Origin: an uncultured Acidimicrobiia bacterium
GTDB taxonomy: Bacteria; Actinomycetota; Acidimicrobiia; Acidimicrobiales; AC-14
Length of the DNA: 64,000 nt
Direction of reading: 5' to 3'
Assembly (NCBI GenBank): GCA_963836205.1
Contig: CAWIIV010000006.1
Location: forward strand, 160,001 to 224,000
Of this stretch, positions 62,268-64,000 are shown one piece after another. The notes under the pieces were generated by a model, which saw only the letters and a program-made list of their open reading frames with translations, was not told the DNA's origin and searched no databases. The translations under genes and the position numbers were made by a program. Numbering within the stretch: the first letter of the stretch is position 1; each line of letters starts with the position of its first letter.

Positions 62268-64000
62268 GTGGAACCCACCTTCCGGCTGCTGCGCCTGCGT
62301 GGCATCCCGGTGGGTGCCCACTGGACGTGGCCGGTCGCCTTCACCGTCGTGGCCTGGACCCTCGCCCGGTCGGTCTTCCCCTCCGCCTACCCCGGGGTCG
62401 GCGACGGTGGCCACCTGGCCATGGCCGTGGCCGCGACCGGCCTGCTCTTCCTGTCGGTCGTGCTCCACGAGCTGGCCCACGCCGTCACCGCCCGCCGGGA
62501 GGGCATGCCGGTGCACGGGATCACCCTGTGGCTGCTGGGCGGCGTGTCCGACGTGGGTGGCCGGCCCCGCTCGCCGGGCCAGGAGCTCCGGGTGGCCGCC
62601 TCCGGTCCGGTGGTGTCGCTGGTGCTGGCCGCGGCGCTGGCCTGGATGGCGGCGGCGGCCGAGGGCCGGGGTTGGCCCGAGTCGGTCCACGGCGTGCTCG
62701 AGTACGTGGCCCGCCTCAACGTGGTGGTGGCCGCCTTCAACCTCATCCCCGCCCTCCCCCTCGACGGTGGCCGCATCCTGCGGGCGTGGCTCTGGCGTCG
62801 CCAGCGCGACCTGCTGGCCGCCACCCGGTCGGGGGCCCGGGCGGGACAGGCCTTCGGCCTCACGCTCGTGGTCGTCGGCGTCCTCGACCTGGGGGCCGGC
62901 GCCGGCCTGGTGGGGCTGTGGCTGGTGGTGCTGGGCGCCTTCCTGCTGCGGGCGGCGTCGTCGGAGCTGGCCGACGCCCGCACCCGCCATCGCCTCGACG
63001 GCCTCACCGCGGCCGACGTGATGGCGTCCGACCCCGGCGTCGTGCTCAACGACACCCCGGTGGCCCGGCTGGTGGCCCACCCGCCGGCGCCCGAGCGCAC
63101 CGGCTACCCGGTCCTGGGCGGGGGACGCCTCCAGGGGGTGGTGCTGCTGGCCCACGCCCGGCAGGTGCCGGCGGGCGAAGCCGCCGAACGCCGGGTGGAG
63201 GACGTGATGACGCCCCTCGACGACGTCCCCATCGTCGACGCCCACCTGCCCGTGGTCGACGTCGTCGAACGGCTCAACGGGACGAACCGCACCGGGCAGG
63301 TGGTCGTGGTCGACGACGGCTGCGTCGTCGGCATCCTCGACGAGGACGACGTGGCCGGTGCCCTCGACCGAGCCCCGGCGGCGGCAGGCGGGCGGGGGCG
63401 CGGGCGCGCCGCCGGCCCCTGGGCCTGGGCCGTGGTGGCGATCGTGTGCCTCCTGGCCGGGGGCGCCCTCTATCGGCCCCCCTACGCGGTCGTCTCCGCC
63501 AGCGCCCCGGTCGACGTGACCGGCGACGTGTCGATCACCGGCGTCGCCGTCACGCCGGTAAACGGCCGGTACATCGTCCCCCGCGTCGAGTACCGGCGCA
63601 CCAACGGCCTGGCCACCCTCGTGGCGGCCGTCCGCGACCGGCACCGGGTCGTCCCCGTCGGCCAGGCGGACGACGACGAGGCCGTCGACGCCCCCGGTCT
63701 GTCCCGGGAGGCCCGGATCCTGGCCGCGGTGGCCGCCGCCCTCTCCCAGGGGCTGCCGGCGACGGTCACCGGCACCGGCGTCCGGGTCGTGGCCGTGCGG
63801 GCGGGCTCACCGGCGGCGGGCGCCCTCCACCCGGGCGACGTGATCCTGGCCGTCGACGGGCGCCCCGTCAGCCAGGCCGCGCTGGTGGCCGAGCTCGTCC
63901 GGGCCGGGCCCCCGGGGACAGCCGTCACCCTGTCCGTCGAACGGGCCGACAGGGTGGAGCACGTCGCGGTCACCACCGGCATCCAGGGGATTGGGATCAC
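62268..64000 (+). CDS. Site-2 protease (M50) + CBS pair + TM + PDZ (YlbL-like) fusion, 3' partial
   Basis: One open frame not in the ORF track: GIPVGAHWTW, HELAH, FNLIPALPLDGG, CBS repeats, then GSPAAGALHPGDVILAVDG. Confidence 0.85.
   Translation, partial: MEPTFRLLRLRGIPVGAHWTWPVAFTVVAWTLARSVFPSAYPGVGDGGHLAMAVAATGLLFLSVVLHELAHAVTARREGMPVHGITLWLLGGVSDVGGRPRSPGQELRVAASGPVVSLVLAAALAWMAAAAEGRGWPESVHGVLEYVARLNVVVAAFNLIPALPLDGGRILRAWLWRRQRDLLAATRSGARAGQAFGLTLVVVGVLDLGAGAGLVGLWLVVLGAFLLRAASSELADARTRHRLDGLTAADVMASDPGVVLNDTPVARLVAHPPAPERTGYPVLGGGRLQGVVLLAHARQVPAGEAAERRVEDVMTPLDDVPIVDAHLPVVDVVERLNGTNRTGQVVVVDDGCVVGILDEDDVAGALDRAPAAAGGRGRGRAAGPWAWAVVAIVCLLAGGALYRPPYAVVSASAPVDVTGDVSITGVAVTPVNGRYIVPRVEYRRTNGLATLVAAVRDRHRVVPVGQADDDEAVDAPGLSREARILAAVAAALSQGLPATVTGTGVRVVAVRAGSPAAGALHPGDVILAVDGRPVSQAALVAELVRAGPPGTAVTLSVERADRVEHVAVTTGIQGIGI

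Overview
High-GC actinobacterial DNA, Acidimicrobiia-like by gene content (inferred). Several single-base frameshifts, some in homopolymers, look like long-read errors. In order: pepN and a 2-hydroxyacid dehydrogenase; an L,D-transpeptidase/ECF/anti-sigma module; a guanidine-I riboswitch-controlled operon (gdmH-like guanidine hydrolase, NitT/TauT ABC importer, ureABCFGD); an Lgt paralogue with two small Cys-motif membrane peptides and a Tes/GDGT-MAS-like radical SAM enzyme; urtABCDE; a molybdopterin oxidoreductase; a second ECF module. An accessory island at about 30.5-36.1 kb holds a SIR2 remnant, an IS256-split NYN RNase, two candidate small-RNA units, an aberrant tRNA-Cys-like gene, an integrase remnant and a second IS256. 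Then come patA/pgsA, EF-G2 and tdh-kbl, a second accessory patch (TNT toxin, COX-like heme dioxygenase, mazEF), a PEP-utiliser/phosphatase cluster, HIT, thrS, an mshC-like gene, npdG and an S2P-CBS-PDZ fusion. The strongest novelty candidate is a tRNA-Cys-like gene with an altered anticodon loop, followed on the same strand by a predicted ~97-nt RNA whose 5' end is perfectly complementary (14 nt) to that anticodon arm, directly beside the NYN ribonuclease gene. The second candidate is the Lgt/Tes-like/peptide cluster.
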